DNA of 64,000 nt. It comes from Pseudomonadaceae bacterium. GTDB taxonomy: Bacteria > Pseudomonadota > Gammaproteobacteria > Pseudomonadales > Pseudomonadaceae. Positions 1 to 11,135 of this stretch are shown here, in pieces. The DNA lies in assembly GCA_900766265.1 (NCBI GenBank), contig CAAFUS010000013.1, positions 255,940-319,939 on the forward strand. Direction: 5' to 3'. The translations under genes and the position numbers were made by a program. A model generated the notes under the pieces. It was not told the DNA's origin and ran no database searches. It was given only the letters and a program-made list of their open reading frames with translations. Position 1 is the first letter of the stretch. Every line of letters starts with the position of its first letter.

Positions 1-927
1 GTCAACCAGGTGCCCGGTGGGATGATTTCCAACCTCGCCAATCAGCTCAAGGAGCAGGGCGCGCTGAACCGCATGAACGAGGTGCTGGCGGAAATCCCGC
101 GGGTGCGAGAAGACCTCGGCTTCCCGCCGCTGGTGACGCCGACCTCCCAGATCGTCGGGACCCAGGCGTTCTTCAACGTACTGGCCGGCGAGCGCTACAA
201 GACCATCACCAACGAGGTGAAACTCTACCTGCAAGGCCGCTACGGCAAAGCGCCCGGGGCGGTGAACGAGAAGCTGCGCCGCCAGGCCATCGGCGGCGAG
301 GAGCTGATCGAGTGCCGCCCTGCCGATCTGCTCAAGCCGGAGCTCGAGCGCCTGCGCGCCGAGATCGGCTCGCTGGCCAGCAGCGAGGAAGACGTGCTGA
401 CCTATGCCATGTTCCCGGACATCGGCCGCAAGTTCCTTGAGGAGCGCCAGGCCGGCACGCTGCAACCTGAGGTGTTGTTGCCAATTCCCGACGGCAACGC
501 GATCGCGGCCAGCGCCGGCGGGGTGCCCACCGAGTTCGTCATCGACGTGCACGGCGAAAGCTACCGGGTCGACATCACCGGCGTTGGCGTCAAGGGCGAG
601 GGCAAGCGCCACTTCTACCTGTCGATCGACGGCATGCCCGAAGAAGTGGTGTTCGAGCCGCTCAACAACTACGTCGGCGGAGCCGACGGCGGACGCCGCC
701 AGGCGAGCGGACCGGGGGACGTCAGCACCAACATGCCGGGCAACATCGTCGAGGTGCTGGTGGCCGAGGGCGATACGGTCAAACCGGGGCAGGCCCTGCT
801 GATCGCCGAGGCGATGAAGATGGAAACCGAAGTGCAGGCGCCAATCGCCGGCACGGTGAAGGCGATCCACGTGACCAAGGGCGACCGGGTGAACCCTGGC
901 GAGACACTGGTGGAAATCGTCGCCTGA
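1..927 (+). CDS. Pyruvate carboxylase subunit B / oxaloacetate decarboxylase alpha-type protein, C-terminal part (5' end outside window)
   Basis: The frame is open from base 1; the track entry starts at an internal GTG at 10. The C-terminal biotinyl domain carries the biotin-lysine motif EAMKMETEV. The upstream part resembles the OadA/PycB carboxyltransferase C-terminal region. A terminator hairpin follows. Confidence 0.85.
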   Translation, partial: VNQVPGGMISNLANQLKEQGALNRMNEVLAEIPRVREDLGFPPLVTPTSQIVGTQAFFNVLAGERYKTITNEVKLYLQGRYGKAPGAVNEKLRRQAIGGEELIECRPADLLKPELERLRAEIGSLASSEEDVLTYAMFPDIGRKFLEERQAGTLQPEVLLPIPDGNAIAASAGGVPTEFVIDVHGESYRVDITGVGVKGEGKRHFYLSIDGMPEEVVFEPLNNYVGGADGGRRQASGPGDVSTNMPGNIVEVLVAEGDTVKPGQALLIAEAMKMETEVQAPIAGTVKAIHVTKGDRVNPGETLVEIVA

Positions 928-942
928 CCGGGCAGTCCCCCT

Positions 943-966
943 GGGAGCCGCAAGGCTCCCTTTTTT
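943..966 (+). terminator. Rho-independent terminator
   Basis: Perfect 7-bp stem GGGAGCC/GGCTCCC (943-949 / 954-960), loop GCAA, then TTTTTT (961-966), 16 nt after the stop codon. Confidence 0.8.
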
Positions 967-1055
967 GTGCGCGACGACGAAACGCACGTGCTCTGCCGGC
1001 CGCAGGCGTCGTCTAGCCTTGCAGCTGAACGATCATCAACGAACCGGAGGTATCG

Positions 1056-1997
1056 ATGGGGCTGGACCCTGTAGTGCTGTTCTTTCTGTTCGGCCTGTTC
1101 GCCGGGCTGGTCAAGAGCGAGCTGAAATTGCCGCCCGCGCTGTACGACACCCTCTCTATCCTGCTGCTGCTCGCCATCGGCCTGCACGGGGGCGTCGAGC
1201 TCGCCGAGCAGGCCAGCGCGGCGCTGCTCGGCCAGGCGGCGCTGGTGCTGCTGCTCGGTTGCTGCCTGCCGTTGCTGGCCTTCCCGATACTCCGGGCGCT
1301 CGGCTTCTCACGGGTGGATTCGGCCAGCGTCGCAGCCCACTATGGTTCGGTCAGCGCCGGTACCTTCGCGGTGGTGGTGGCGTTCCTGCTGGCCAAGAAC
1401 ATCGCCTTCGAAAGCTACATGCCGCTGTTCGTCGCGATCCTGGAGATCCCGGCGATCCTGGTGGGCATCGTGCTGGCCAAGGGCATCAGCCGGGACACCG
1501 ACTGGCGCGAGCTGGGCCGCGAGATATTCCTCGGCAAGAGCATCATGCTGTTGCTCGGCGGGCTGATCATCGGGGCGATCGTCGGCAAGGAGGGCATCAA
1601 GCCGCTGGAGCCGTTCTACACCAGCATGTTCAAGCCGGTGCTGGCGCTCTTCCTGCTGGAGATGGGGCTTATCGCCTCGGGGCAGCTCGGCTCGCTCAAG
1701 CGCTACGGGTTGCGTCTGGCAGCGTTCGGCCTCGGCATGCCGCTGCTCGGTGCGCTGGTCGGTGCCGTGCTGGCGCGGCTGATGGGGCTGTCCCTGGGCG
1801 GCACGGCGATGCTCGCCACGCTCGCGGCGAGCGCCTCCTATATCGCTGTACCGGCCGCGCTGCGCCTGGCGCTGCCGGAAGCCAATCCGTCGCTGTCACT
1901 GACCGCGTCGCTGGGCATCACCTTTCCGTTCAACATCCTGATCGGCATTCCGCTGTACCTGGCGCTGGCCGAACAGCTGATCGCCCGGGGGTTCTGA
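1056..1997 (+). CDS. SbtA-like (DUF897) sodium-dependent bicarbonate-transporter family permease
   Basis: 313-aa polytopic membrane protein with many hydrophobic segments. Its sequence pattern matches what I remember of the SbtA-like permease family. The stop lies 1 nt before the start of a PII-like gene. Confidence 0.65.
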   Translation: MGLDPVVLFFLFGLFAGLVKSELKLPPALYDTLSILLLLAIGLHGGVELAEQASAALLGQAALVLLLGCCLPLLAFPILRALGFSRVDSASVAAHYGSVSAGTFAVVVAFLLAKNIAFESYMPLFVAILEIPAILVGIVLAKGISRDTDWRELGREIFLGKSIMLLLGGLIIGAIVGKEGIKPLEPFYTSMFKPVLALFLLEMGLIASGQLGSLKRYGLRLAAFGLGMPLLGALVGAVLARLMGLSLGGTAMLATLAASASYIAVPAALRLALPEANPSLSLTASLGITFPFNILIGIPLYLALAEQLIARGF

Positions 1998-1998
1998 C

Positions 1999-2301
1999 AT
2001 GACCGAGCACATCCGTACCCTGCTCACCGTGATTTGCGAATCGGCGCTGGAATCCAGGCTGGTCGCCGACCTCAAGCAGCTCGGCGCACCGGGCTGGACG
2101 TTGTCGGACGCGCGCGGCTCGGGCAGCCGCGGCGTGCGCAGCGCCGAATGGAACACCGAAGGCAACATCCGCCTGGAAGTGATCTGCAGTCGCGAGGTCG
2201 CCGAGCGCATCGCGCGGCACCTGCAGACCCGCTACTACGACCACTTCGCGATGGTCTGCTACCTCGCCCAGGTCGAGGTGCTGCGCCCGGCCAAGTTCTA
2301 G
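1999..2301 (+). CDS. PII-like small signalling protein (SbtB-like partner of the permease)
   Basis: 100 aa, PII-like size, with a Gly/Ser-rich T-loop-like stretch GSGSRGVRSAEW. It is tightly coupled to the upstream permease gene. Confidence 0.55.
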   Translation: MTEHIRTLLTVICESALESRLVADLKQLGAPGWTLSDARGSGSRGVRSAEWNTEGNIRLEVICSREVAERIARHLQTRYYDHFAMVCYLAQVEVLRPAKF

Positions 2302-2789
2302 GGCTGCTCGTCGCCGCTTCGGGCGAAGCGCTGCAGGTCGTCCTGGCGATACTGGACGAAGCCCGAGCGTTCGGCGATGCGCTCGTACAGGCGCATCGCC
2401 GTGGTGTTGGTCTCGTGGGTCAGCCAGTGCACCCGCGCGCAGCCGGCCCGCTGCGCCTCGGCGTAGACATGCTCGATCAGGCGTCGGCCGACCCCGCTGT
2501 CACGTACCGTCTTGGCGACGAACAGGTCCTGCAGGTAGCAGGAATCGCCAGTGGTCCAGCAGGAACGGTGGTAGATCCAGTGCACCAGGCCGATCGCCTC
2601 GCCTTCATACCAGGCGAGGGCGGCATGCATCGGCTCGCTCGCATCGAGGAACCGCTGCCAGGTGCGCTCGCTGGTTTCGGCGGGGATGCTGGTCATGTAG
2701 AAGCGCTGGTAGGCCTGCCACAGCGGCATCCAGGCCTCATGATCGGCAGCGCTGGCAGGGCGGATCTCGACGGGAATGGCAGCGGGCAT
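2298..2789 (-). CDS. GNAT family N-acetyltransferase
   Basis: 163 aa with the acetyl-CoA binding motif R-x-x-G-x-G (RDSGVGRRL). The size is typical of GNAT proteins. Confidence 0.8.
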   Translation of the reverse strand: MPAAIPVEIRPASAADHEAWMPLWQAYQRFYMTSIPAETSERTWQRFLDASEPMHAALAWYEGEAIGLVHWIYHRSCWTTGDSCYLQDLFVAKTVRDSGVGRRLIEHVYAEAQRAGCARVHWLTHETNTTAMRLYERIAERSGFVQYRQDDLQRFARSGDEQP

Positions 2790-2883
2790 GGCGGGCCTCC
2801 TCTTGGCAGACCCTCATCCTGCGTCGGTGATGCGCCTTGCGGCAAGTGCAGCGTCAGGTAAAGCGCTCGACTCGAGGCGGGGC

Positions 2884-3876
2884 TCAGTCGCGCATTTCAC
2901 CGCACAGGTCGCGGCTCATCCAATGCTCGACCTCGGACTGGGAAAGCCCCGCGCCGAGCAGGGCGAACAGCTTGCCCAGCGCCGCCTCGCGTGTCATTCC
3001 GCCGGCCGAGACCAGGCCAGTCCGCAACAGTCGGCTGCCAGCGGCATAGACGCCGAACTCGATGTGACCTTGGGGACATTGGCTGATCGCAGTCAGCACC
3101 ACGCCACGGGCATGGGCTTCTTCGAGCACGGCGAGCAGCTGCGCATCGCTGGATGGGCCGGTGCCGCTGCCGTAGCACTCCAGCAGCAGCCCCTGGACGT
3201 CGCACTCCAGCAGGGCGCGCAGGTGGGCGGCCCGCAAGCCCGGGTAGAAGGGCTGCAGCGCGATGTTCACCGGGTGGCGCGGGTGGCGGTAGACCAGCGT
3301 GGGGGGCAGCGCATCGGCCCGTTCGGCCTGGCGCCGGCGCGGCAGTACCTGGAATGCATCGAAGGCATCGCTGCGCAGCTTGGAGCAGCGCGCGCCGTGC
3401 ATCAGCTGTCCGTCGAAAAACAGGTGGACGCCCGGCGCGACGCCTCCCTGCAATGCCTGCATGGCGCCGAACAGGTTCGGCCACGCATCGCCGCCGGGTA
3501 CGCCGGCCGGCTGCATCGAGCCGGTCAGCACCACGGGTACCGGCAGGTCGAGCAGCAGAAAGCTCAAGGCCGCGGCGCTGTAGGCCAGGGTGTCGGTGCC
3601 GTGAAGCACCAGCACGGCATCGCAGCCGTCCTGCTCGACGGCCGCGACGATGGCGTCGCGCTGGGCCAGCGAATGCCGCTGGGTCAAGTCTGCGCTGTCG
3701 ATCAGCGGCAGCAGTTCGCGAAAGATCCAGGGCGGCAGGCGCAGGGCCGGCTCCTCCGCCTGGCGGGCGCGCAGCCGCGCCTCGAAGCCGGACGCAGGCG
3801 CCAGGCCGGACGCGCTCATCTGCATGCCAATGGTACCGCCGGTGTAAAGCACCAGCAGTTTTTCAGGTGCGGCCAT
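2884..3876 (-). CDS. ansA: Type I L-asparaginase
   Basis: N-terminal catalytic motif LVLYTGGTIGM and second motif VLHGTDTLAYSA; 330 aa. Confidence 0.9.
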   Translation of the reverse strand: MAAPEKLLVLYTGGTIGMQMSASGLAPASGFEARLRARQAEEPALRLPPWIFRELLPLIDSADLTQRHSLAQRDAIVAAVEQDGCDAVLVLHGTDTLAYSAAALSFLLLDLPVPVVLTGSMQPAGVPGGDAWPNLFGAMQALQGGVAPGVHLFFDGQLMHGARCSKLRSDAFDAFQVLPRRRQAERADALPPTLVYRHPRHPVNIALQPFYPGLRAAHLRALLECDVQGLLLECYGSGTGPSSDAQLLAVLEEAHARGVVLTAISQCPQGHIEFGVYAAGSRLLRTGLVSAGGMTREAALGKLFALLGAGLSQSEVEHWMSRDLCGEMRD

Positions 3877-3902
3877 ACGGAACTCCGTCGCGGTCGGGCG
3901 AG

Positions 3903-3924
3903 AAAAAGGGGGCTTGCGCCCCCC
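3903..3924 (-). terminator. Rho-independent terminator downstream of the symporter gene
   Basis: Stem GGGGGC/GCCCCC (3908-3913 / 3918-3923), loop TTGC. An A-run on the plus strand (3903-3907) gives a U-tract on the minus strand. Confidence 0.7.
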
Positions 3925-3941
3925 TCGTTACCGATGGGAGA

Positions 3942-5375
3942 TCAGCGCTGCTGCGCCTGGGCATCGAGCCCGGATGGCGGGTTGGCCTTGGCGTTGGGCC
4001 ATACCGATGCGTCGAGATCCAGGTCGGAGAAGTGGCTGGTGTCGAATACCGGCGATTTCACGCCGGCCTTGACCTGGGCGTCGTAGTCGCGCATCAGGCG
4101 CAGCCCGACCTTGAACAGCAGCGCCAGGGCGATCAGGTTGGCGATGGCCAGCAGGCCCATGGTGACGTCGGCGAAGGCGAACACCGTGCCCAGGTCCTGC
4201 ACCGAGCCCCACAGCACCAGCACAATCACCAGGACGCGGTAGACCACGACCGGGCCGCGCTTCTGGCTGAAGAAGCCCAGCGCGTTCTCGCCCAGGTAGT
4301 AGTTGTAGATCAGGGTCGTGAAGACGAACAGCAGCAGCGCCAGGCTGATGAACACGCGGCCCCATTCGCCGACCACGCTGGCCACGGCGGTCTGGGTCAG
4401 CACCACGCCGGCGACATCCATGCCCGGCTGGTAGACGCCGGCGAGCAGGATGATCAGGGCGGTACAGGTGCACAGGATGAGAGTGTCGATGAACACGCTG
4501 AGCGACTGCACGATGCCCTGTGCGACCGGGTGCTTGACCTCGGCCACGGCGGCCACGTTCGGCGCGCTGCCCAGCCCCGCCTCGTTGGAGAACAGGCCGC
4601 GCTTGACACCCATGATGATCGCCGCACCGATGCCGCCGGCGAAGGCCGGCTCCAGGCCGAAGGCGCTCTTGACGATCAATGCCAGGGTTGCAGGTACTTC
4701 GGTCAGGTTCATGCCGATCACCAGCAGCGCCAGGCCGATATAGGCGAAGGCCATCAACGGCACCAGCACGTCGGCGAAACGGGCGATGCGCTTGATGCCG
4801 CCGAAGATGATCACGCCGATCACGGCTGTCAGGACAAGGCCGCTGATCAGAGTCGGTACGCCGAAGGTGTCATGCAGCGAGCTCGCTACGGTGAAGGACT
4901 GCACGGCGTTGAAGCCGAAACCGAAGGTCACCAGCAGCAGGATCGACACCAGGATGCCCAGCCAGCGCTGGCCAAGGCCGTGCTGGATGTAGAAGGCCGG
5001 GCCGCCGCGGTAGCCACCGTCGGGCTCGCGGCGCTTGTAGAGCTGCGCCAGTGCGCATTCGAAATAGCTGGTGGCCATGCCGACAAGGGCTACCACCCAC
5101 ATCCAGAAGACCGCACCGGGGCCGCCGAGCATGATCGCCACCGAGACCCCCGCGATGTTGCCGGCACCGACGCGCCCGGCCACCGAGAGCATCAGGGCCT
5201 GGAACGAGCTCAGCTGGCCCGGCTGGCGCTGAAAGGCTTCGCCGAAGATGCGGAACATGCTGGCGAAATAGCGGAACTGGACGAAGCGCGAGGCGAGGGT
5301 GAAGAACAGGCCGAGGCCTATCAGCATCACGATCAGCAGTTTGCTCCAGATGAGGTCGTTGAGAAGATCGAGCAT
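3942..5375 (-). CDS. Alanine/glycine:cation symporter (AGCS family)
   Basis: Polytopic membrane protein with AGCS-like sequence. I place the start at the ATG at 5375 (MLDLLNDLIWSKL...), which has AAGAGA upstream. The 34-codon upstream extension in the track is Arg/Ala-rich and non-membrane. Confidence 0.85.
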   Translation of the reverse strand: MLDLLNDLIWSKLLIVMLIGLGLFFTLASRFVQFRYFASMFRIFGEAFQRQPGQLSSFQALMLSVAGRVGAGNIAGVSVAIMLGGPGAVFWMWVVALVGMATSYFECALAQLYKRREPDGGYRGGPAFYIQHGLGQRWLGILVSILLLVTFGFGFNAVQSFTVASSLHDTFGVPTLISGLVLTAVIGVIIFGGIKRIARFADVLVPLMAFAYIGLALLVIGMNLTEVPATLALIVKSAFGLEPAFAGGIGAAIIMGVKRGLFSNEAGLGSAPNVAAVAEVKHPVAQGIVQSLSVFIDTLILCTCTALIILLAGVYQPGMDVAGVVLTQTAVASVVGEWGRVFISLALLLFVFTTLIYNYYLGENALGFFSQKRGPVVVYRVLVIVLVLWGSVQDLGTVFAFADVTMGLLAIANLIALALLFKVGLRLMRDYDAQVKAGVKSPVFDTSHFSDLDLDASVWPNAKANPPSGLDAQAQQR

Positions 5376-5534
5376 GAGGTCGTTCTCTTTGTTGTTCTGG
5401 TGGATGGCGGACGCCGGCGCGCGGCGGGCCACATGGTTGGCGAAGGCGGCGGTCCGGTGCAATTTCGCAGCTCGCATCTACCTGATGCGAGTTGATGCTA
5501 GAATCGCGTCACTCGCATCATTCTGGACGACCAC

Positions 5535-6347
5535 GTGTCCGATTCGCTGGGCCCCAACCTCAAGCTCCTCTGCAGCCATTACCGCTCGATCGCCGAGGTC
5601 TGCCGCAAGCTGGCGCTCAATCGCGCCCAGTTCAACCGCTACTTGGCCGGACAGAGCAGACCCACCGCGCACAACCTCAAGCGTATCTGCGATTTCTTCG
5701 GCGTCGAGCCGCATGAGCTCGGCCTGCCGAATGAGCAGTTCGCCCGTCTGATCGGCGCGCGGGGCAGCGACCCGCAGTTGCCGTCCGGCGCGGACCCGCT
5801 GCTGGAGCTGTTCGCCCCGCTGCGCGAACACGCCAGCTCGATGGAGCGCTACTGTGGCTACTACTTCGAGTACTCCAACTGCATGTCCGTACCGGGCCAG
5901 GTCCTGCTGTCGCTGGTGCACCTGCGCGAGGAGCGCGGCGGCTACGTCTTCGAGCGGCAGGAGCGCCAGGAGCGGCCGCGCGACGGCAGCGCCGAGGACT
6001 GGGTGCGCTGCCGTTACCTGGGCGCCGCCTTCTACCTGCAGGACCGGCTGTTTCTGGTCGACTACGAGTCGCTGACCGGCAACGAAATGAGCCAGACCAT
6101 CCTCATTCCCAGCTTCAAGAGCCGCATCACCCGGCTCAACGGCCTCAAGTCCGGCGTCTCCAGCGGTGACCGCCGCACCCCGGCCTGCACCCGGGTGGTC
6201 TGGGAATACCTGGGCCGGGAGATCAACCGGGTCAACGCCTACCGCCAGGTGATGCTCTATGCTCCGGACGACCCCCGCTTGGACGACGACATTCGCCAGC
6301 GCCTCGGCGGTGCGGTCCTGCGTAACGGGCTGTTCGAAATCGAATAA
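5535..6347 (+). CDS. XRE-family helix-turn-helix transcriptional regulator with uncharacterised C-terminal domain
   Basis: N-terminal HTH-like segment (SIAEVCRKLALNRAQFNRYLAGQSRPTAHNLKRICDFFGV); GTG start; 270 aa. Confidence 0.6.
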   Translation: MSDSLGPNLKLLCSHYRSIAEVCRKLALNRAQFNRYLAGQSRPTAHNLKRICDFFGVEPHELGLPNEQFARLIGARGSDPQLPSGADPLLELFAPLREHASSMERYCGYYFEYSNCMSVPGQVLLSLVHLREERGGYVFERQERQERPRDGSAEDWVRCRYLGAAFYLQDRLFLVDYESLTGNEMSQTILIPSFKSRITRLNGLKSGVSSGDRRTPACTRVVWEYLGREINRVNAYRQVMLYAPDDPRLDDDIRQRLGGAVLRNGLFEIE

Positions 6348-6395
6348 AGCGTCAGTGATGGCGAGGGCCGAGGCCGTCCCGCCCGAAGGGCGGGT

Positions 6396-7028
6396 TCAGT
6401 CGGGCTGGCTCATCCGCGCGGCGAGTTCGCGGTCACGCGGGTTCGCGGAGGCGGCCAGCCCTTCGAGAACACCTTCGCGGTCGGCGGCGTCGCGGTTCTG
6501 GCCGAGCTTCCACTTGCCGTCCAGGCGGGCGATCGGCAGGGCGAAGCCAACGATGGCGCGCAGCATGGCATCGAGGTAATCGCGGGGCGCGTCGTCGACC
6601 GACCAGGGGGTGGCCTGCGCCGCCTCGTGGCGCTCGCTTAGGCGGCTCACCAGCTGCAGCAGGCGCTCGGGATCGGTGAACACCTCGGTCTGGCCCCGTG
6701 CATGCACGGCGATGTAGTTCCAGGTCGGCACCACCTTGCCGTGCTCGGCCTTGGACGGATACCAGCCAGGATGCACGTACGCGTCAGGGCCGCTGAACAC
6801 CGCCAGCGCCTCGCTCCCCTCGGCCAGGTCCCGCCAGTGCGGGTTGGCGCGGGCGAAGTGGCCATAGAGCGTGCCGAATTCCCCTTCATCGGGTACCAGC
6901 AGCAGCGGCAAGTGGCTGGCCATCAGCCCCTGGCTGCCGCTGCTGGTGAGTAGGGCCAGGCCGGTGCTGTCGATCAGGTTATGGAGCTGGGCGAGGTCGG
7001 TCTGGCGAAAGGCGGAGGGTAGGTACAT
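6396..7028 (-). CDS. PaiB-family FMN-binding negative transcriptional regulator
   Basis: Begins MYLPSAFRQTDLAQLHNLI, typical of PaiB-like proteins. The ATG at 7028 is preceded by AGGAGA. The upstream extension in the track was discarded. Confidence 0.8.
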   Translation of the reverse strand: MYLPSAFRQTDLAQLHNLIDSTGLALLTSSGSQGLMASHLPLLLVPDEGEFGTLYGHFARANPHWRDLAEGSEALAVFSGPDAYVHPGWYPSKAEHGKVVPTWNYIAVHARGQTEVFTDPERLLQLVSRLSERHEAAQATPWSVDDAPRDYLDAMLRAIVGFALPIARLDGKWKLGQNRDAADREGVLEGLAASANPRDRELAARMSQPD

Positions 7029-7170
7029 GGGCTTCTCCTGGGGGTGGCCCATCCTAGGCAAAGCGTCGGCTGCTTGTAAGGGCCGTCTTCAGCCAACACC
7101 CTGAGTGTGATCGAGCCCACCATTCGCTTCGGGAGCGGCCTGGGACTCGTCGCAGCCTGGCCCTGACAGC

Positions 7171-7204
7171 AAAACGCCCCGCGGACCGAGGTCGCACGGG
7201 GCGT
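7171..7204 (-). terminator. Rho-independent terminator downstream of the dicarboxylate/amino-acid symporter gene
   Basis: Stem ACGCCCCG/CGGGGCGT (7174-7181 / 7197-7204) with additional inner pairing. The plus-strand AAAA (7171-7174) gives a U-tract on the minus strand. Confidence 0.7.
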
Positions 7205-7222
7205 CGGGACAACGCTAAAGCG

Positions 7223-8482
7223 TCACGGCTTGTTGACGCTGTTGTAGATGTCGCTGTCGATTTCGTTCTCGCTGCGTCCGATCAGGGTGGCGGTCATCAG
7301 GTCGCCGGCGACGTTGACCGTAGTGCGGGCCATGTCGAGGATGCGGTCGATGCCGGCGATCAGCGCCACGCCTTCGATCGGCAGGCCGACCGAGGTCAGC
7401 ACCAGGCTCAGCATGATCAGTCCGGCGCCGGGAATGCCGGCGGTGCCCACCGAGGCGAGGGTGGCGGTGAGGATGATCATCAGGTACTGGCCGGCGTTGA
7501 GATCGACGCCGAAGGCCTGGGCGATGAACAGCGCCAGCACGCCCTGGTAGATCGCGGTGCCGTCCATGTTGATCGTGGTGCCGACCGGCAGCACGAAGCC
7601 GGCCACGCCCTGGGACACGCCGAGGTTCTTGCGCGCGCACTCGATCGAGACCGGCAGGGTGCCCGAGCTGCTCGAGGTGCTGAAGGCCACCGCCAGCGCC
7701 GGCGTGATGCCACGGAAGAAGCGCAGCGGGCTCAGCCGTGCCAGCAGGGCGAGCAGACCGCCATAGACCACGAGCACGTGAACGATGCTGGCGAGGTAGA
7801 TCACCCCGATCACGCCGGCCAGTGGCAGCAGCACTTCGGCGCCGTGGCTGCCGACGACACCGGCGGTCAGGGCAAATACGCCGAATGGCGCAAAGCGCAT
7901 CACCAGGTCCGTCAGCTTGTAGAAGGCTTCGGCCAGGCCGTCGAACAGGCGCGTCACCGGAGCGGCCTTCTCGCCGACCAGGTTCAGGCTCACGCCCAGG
8001 GCGATGGCGAAGACGATGATCTGCAGGATGTTGCCTTCGGCGAAGGCCGTCACCGGGTTGGTCGGCACCAGCCCGACCAGGATGCTGATCAGCGATGGCG
8101 CCTGTTTGGCCTCGGCCTCGCCGCTGGCGACCATGTTCATGCCCTCCCCCGGGGTGAACAGCGCGCCGAACAGCAGGCCGATGGTCACCGCGAATGCGGT
8201 GGTCACCAGATAGATGAGGATGGTCTTGACGCTGATCCGGCCGAGCTTGGCGCTGTCCTGCATGGAGGTGATGCCGGCCACCAGCGAGACGAACACCAGC
8301 GGCACGATGAGCATCTTGATCGCGTTGAGGAACAGCGTGCCGATAGGCGCGAGGACCAAAGCATCGTCTTTGAAGACGATGCCGACGCCGATGCCTAGCG
8401 CAAGGCCGATGAGGATCTGCTGCCACAGGGCCATACGCCCGAGCAGGCGCAGCGGAGCGGAAAGGGTGGTGCTCTGAGTCAT
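7223..8482 (-). CDS. Dicarboxylate/amino acid:cation symporter (DAACS family, GltP/DctA-like)
   Basis: 419-aa polytopic protein with DAACS-type sequence. It lies immediately downstream of aspA on the same strand, so aspartate/C4-dicarboxylate uptake is plausible. Confidence 0.85.
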   Translation of the reverse strand: MTQSTTLSAPLRLLGRMALWQQILIGLALGIGVGIVFKDDALVLAPIGTLFLNAIKMLIVPLVFVSLVAGITSMQDSAKLGRISVKTILIYLVTTAFAVTIGLLFGALFTPGEGMNMVASGEAEAKQAPSLISILVGLVPTNPVTAFAEGNILQIIVFAIALGVSLNLVGEKAAPVTRLFDGLAEAFYKLTDLVMRFAPFGVFALTAGVVGSHGAEVLLPLAGVIGVIYLASIVHVLVVYGGLLALLARLSPLRFFRGITPALAVAFSTSSSSGTLPVSIECARKNLGVSQGVAGFVLPVGTTINMDGTAIYQGVLALFIAQAFGVDLNAGQYLMIILTATLASVGTAGIPGAGLIMLSLVLTSVGLPIEGVALIAGIDRILDMARTTVNVAGDLMTATLIGRSENEIDSDIYNSVNKP

Positions 8483-8574
8483 GGTCGTTCCAGGTTGTTG
8501 TTTTTGTTGAAGCGGGCCGCCTTATGCAGCCCTCTTTGTCATGCGCCCGGCAGGCCGGGCGCGGTGTCGGTGCA

Positions 8575-9999
<1,425 letters not shown>

Positions 10000-10176
10000 G
10001 AGATGTCTCATCCTGAAGGAAGCGGGTAGTTCCGCGATGGGCCGCTAAAATAAGGGCTGCAGCGCATTTTCGACCAATGCCGTTGCGCGCTGGGTCATGC
10101 ACAATCGGCATAACGTCGGCGTGACGCGAAATGGGCATCAAGCGTATGTCCCGCGCTCCGAAGCAAAGGAAACGCA

Positions 10177-11097
10177 ATGAACATCGAGACCAAGTGGCTG
10201 GAGGATTTCGTCGCCCTGGCCGCCACGCGCAGCTTCTCCCAGGCGGCCGAGCGGCGTTTCGTCACCCAGCCCGCGTTCAGCCGGCGCATCCGCAGCCTGG
10301 AGAACACCCTGGGCCTGACCCTGGTGAACCGCGCGCGCACGCCGGTGGAGCTTACCGAGGCGGGGCAGCTGTTCCTGGTGACCGCGCGTAGCATGGTCGA
10401 GCAGGTGAGCGAAGTGGTGCGTTACCTGCACAACCTCGAAGGGCAGCGCGGGGAAGTGCTGCAGATCGCCGCCGCGCACTCCCTGTCGCTCGGCTTCTTC
10501 CCCGAGTGGATAGCCCGGCTGCGCCGGGACGGCCTACCGCTGAAGACGCGGCTGGTGGCCACCAACGTCGGCGAGGCGGTGCATTCGCTGCGCGAGGGCA
10601 CGTGCGACCTGATCCTCTCCTACTACGACCCGGACGCGGTGCTGCAGATGGACCCGGAGCTGTTCCCGTCGCTGGCGCTCGGGCGCACCGAGATCGTCCC
10701 GGTATGCGCGCCGGACGCCGATGGCCGCCCGCTGTTCGACCCTGACAGCGGCCGCAACGTACCCCTGCTGGCCTACAGCGCCGGGGCTTCGCTCGGGCGG
10801 TCGGTGAACCTGCTGCTGCGCCAGCGTGGCCTGCGGGCCACCACGGTTTATGAGACGGCGATGGCGGACAGCCTCAAAAGCATGGCGTTGCAGGGGCTGG
10901 GCCTGGCGTGGGTGCCGCGCCTGAGCGTGACTGCCGAACTCGCCCGTGGCGAGTTGCTGATCTGCGGCGGCGAACAGTGGCAGGTGCCGCTGGAGATTCG
11001 CCTGTACCGCTGCGCGCTGGTGCGCCGGGCGCCGGTGCGATTGCTCTGGCGCAAGCTGGAAGCCGGCACCGGCACCGGCATCGACACTGGAGAGTGA
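10177..11097 (+). CDS. LysR-family transcriptional regulator
   Basis: N-terminal wHTH (FSQAAERRFVTQPAFSRRIRSLE) plus a LysR substrate-binding-like C-terminus. It is divergent from aspA. Confidence 0.85.
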   Translation: MNIETKWLEDFVALAATRSFSQAAERRFVTQPAFSRRIRSLENTLGLTLVNRARTPVELTEAGQLFLVTARSMVEQVSEVVRYLHNLEGQRGEVLQIAAAHSLSLGFFPEWIARLRRDGLPLKTRLVATNVGEAVHSLREGTCDLILSYYDPDAVLQMDPELFPSLALGRTEIVPVCAPDADGRPLFDPDSGRNVPLLAYSAGASLGRSVNLLLRQRGLRATTVYETAMADSLKSMALQGLGLAWVPRLSVTAELARGELLICGGEQWQVPLEIRLYRCALVRRAPVRLLWRKLEAGTGTGIDTGE

Positions 11098-11135
11098 GCC
11101 CGACCCGCGCCGACGGCAAGTGGGTCGGGTAGAGG

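Noticed and set aside
965-2002. 345-aa plus-strand ORF overlapping the SbtA-like gene in another frame
   Set aside because: It is an Arg/Ala/Gly/Pro-rich out-of-frame product. The in-frame membrane protein at 1056-1997 is the coherent reading.
3153-5495. 780-aa plus-strand ORF spanning the asparaginase and symporter loci
   Set aside because: It runs antisense to two well-supported minus-strand genes. Its translation is an Arg/Ala/Gly/Pro-rich low-complexity product, typical of shadow ORFs in high-GC DNA.
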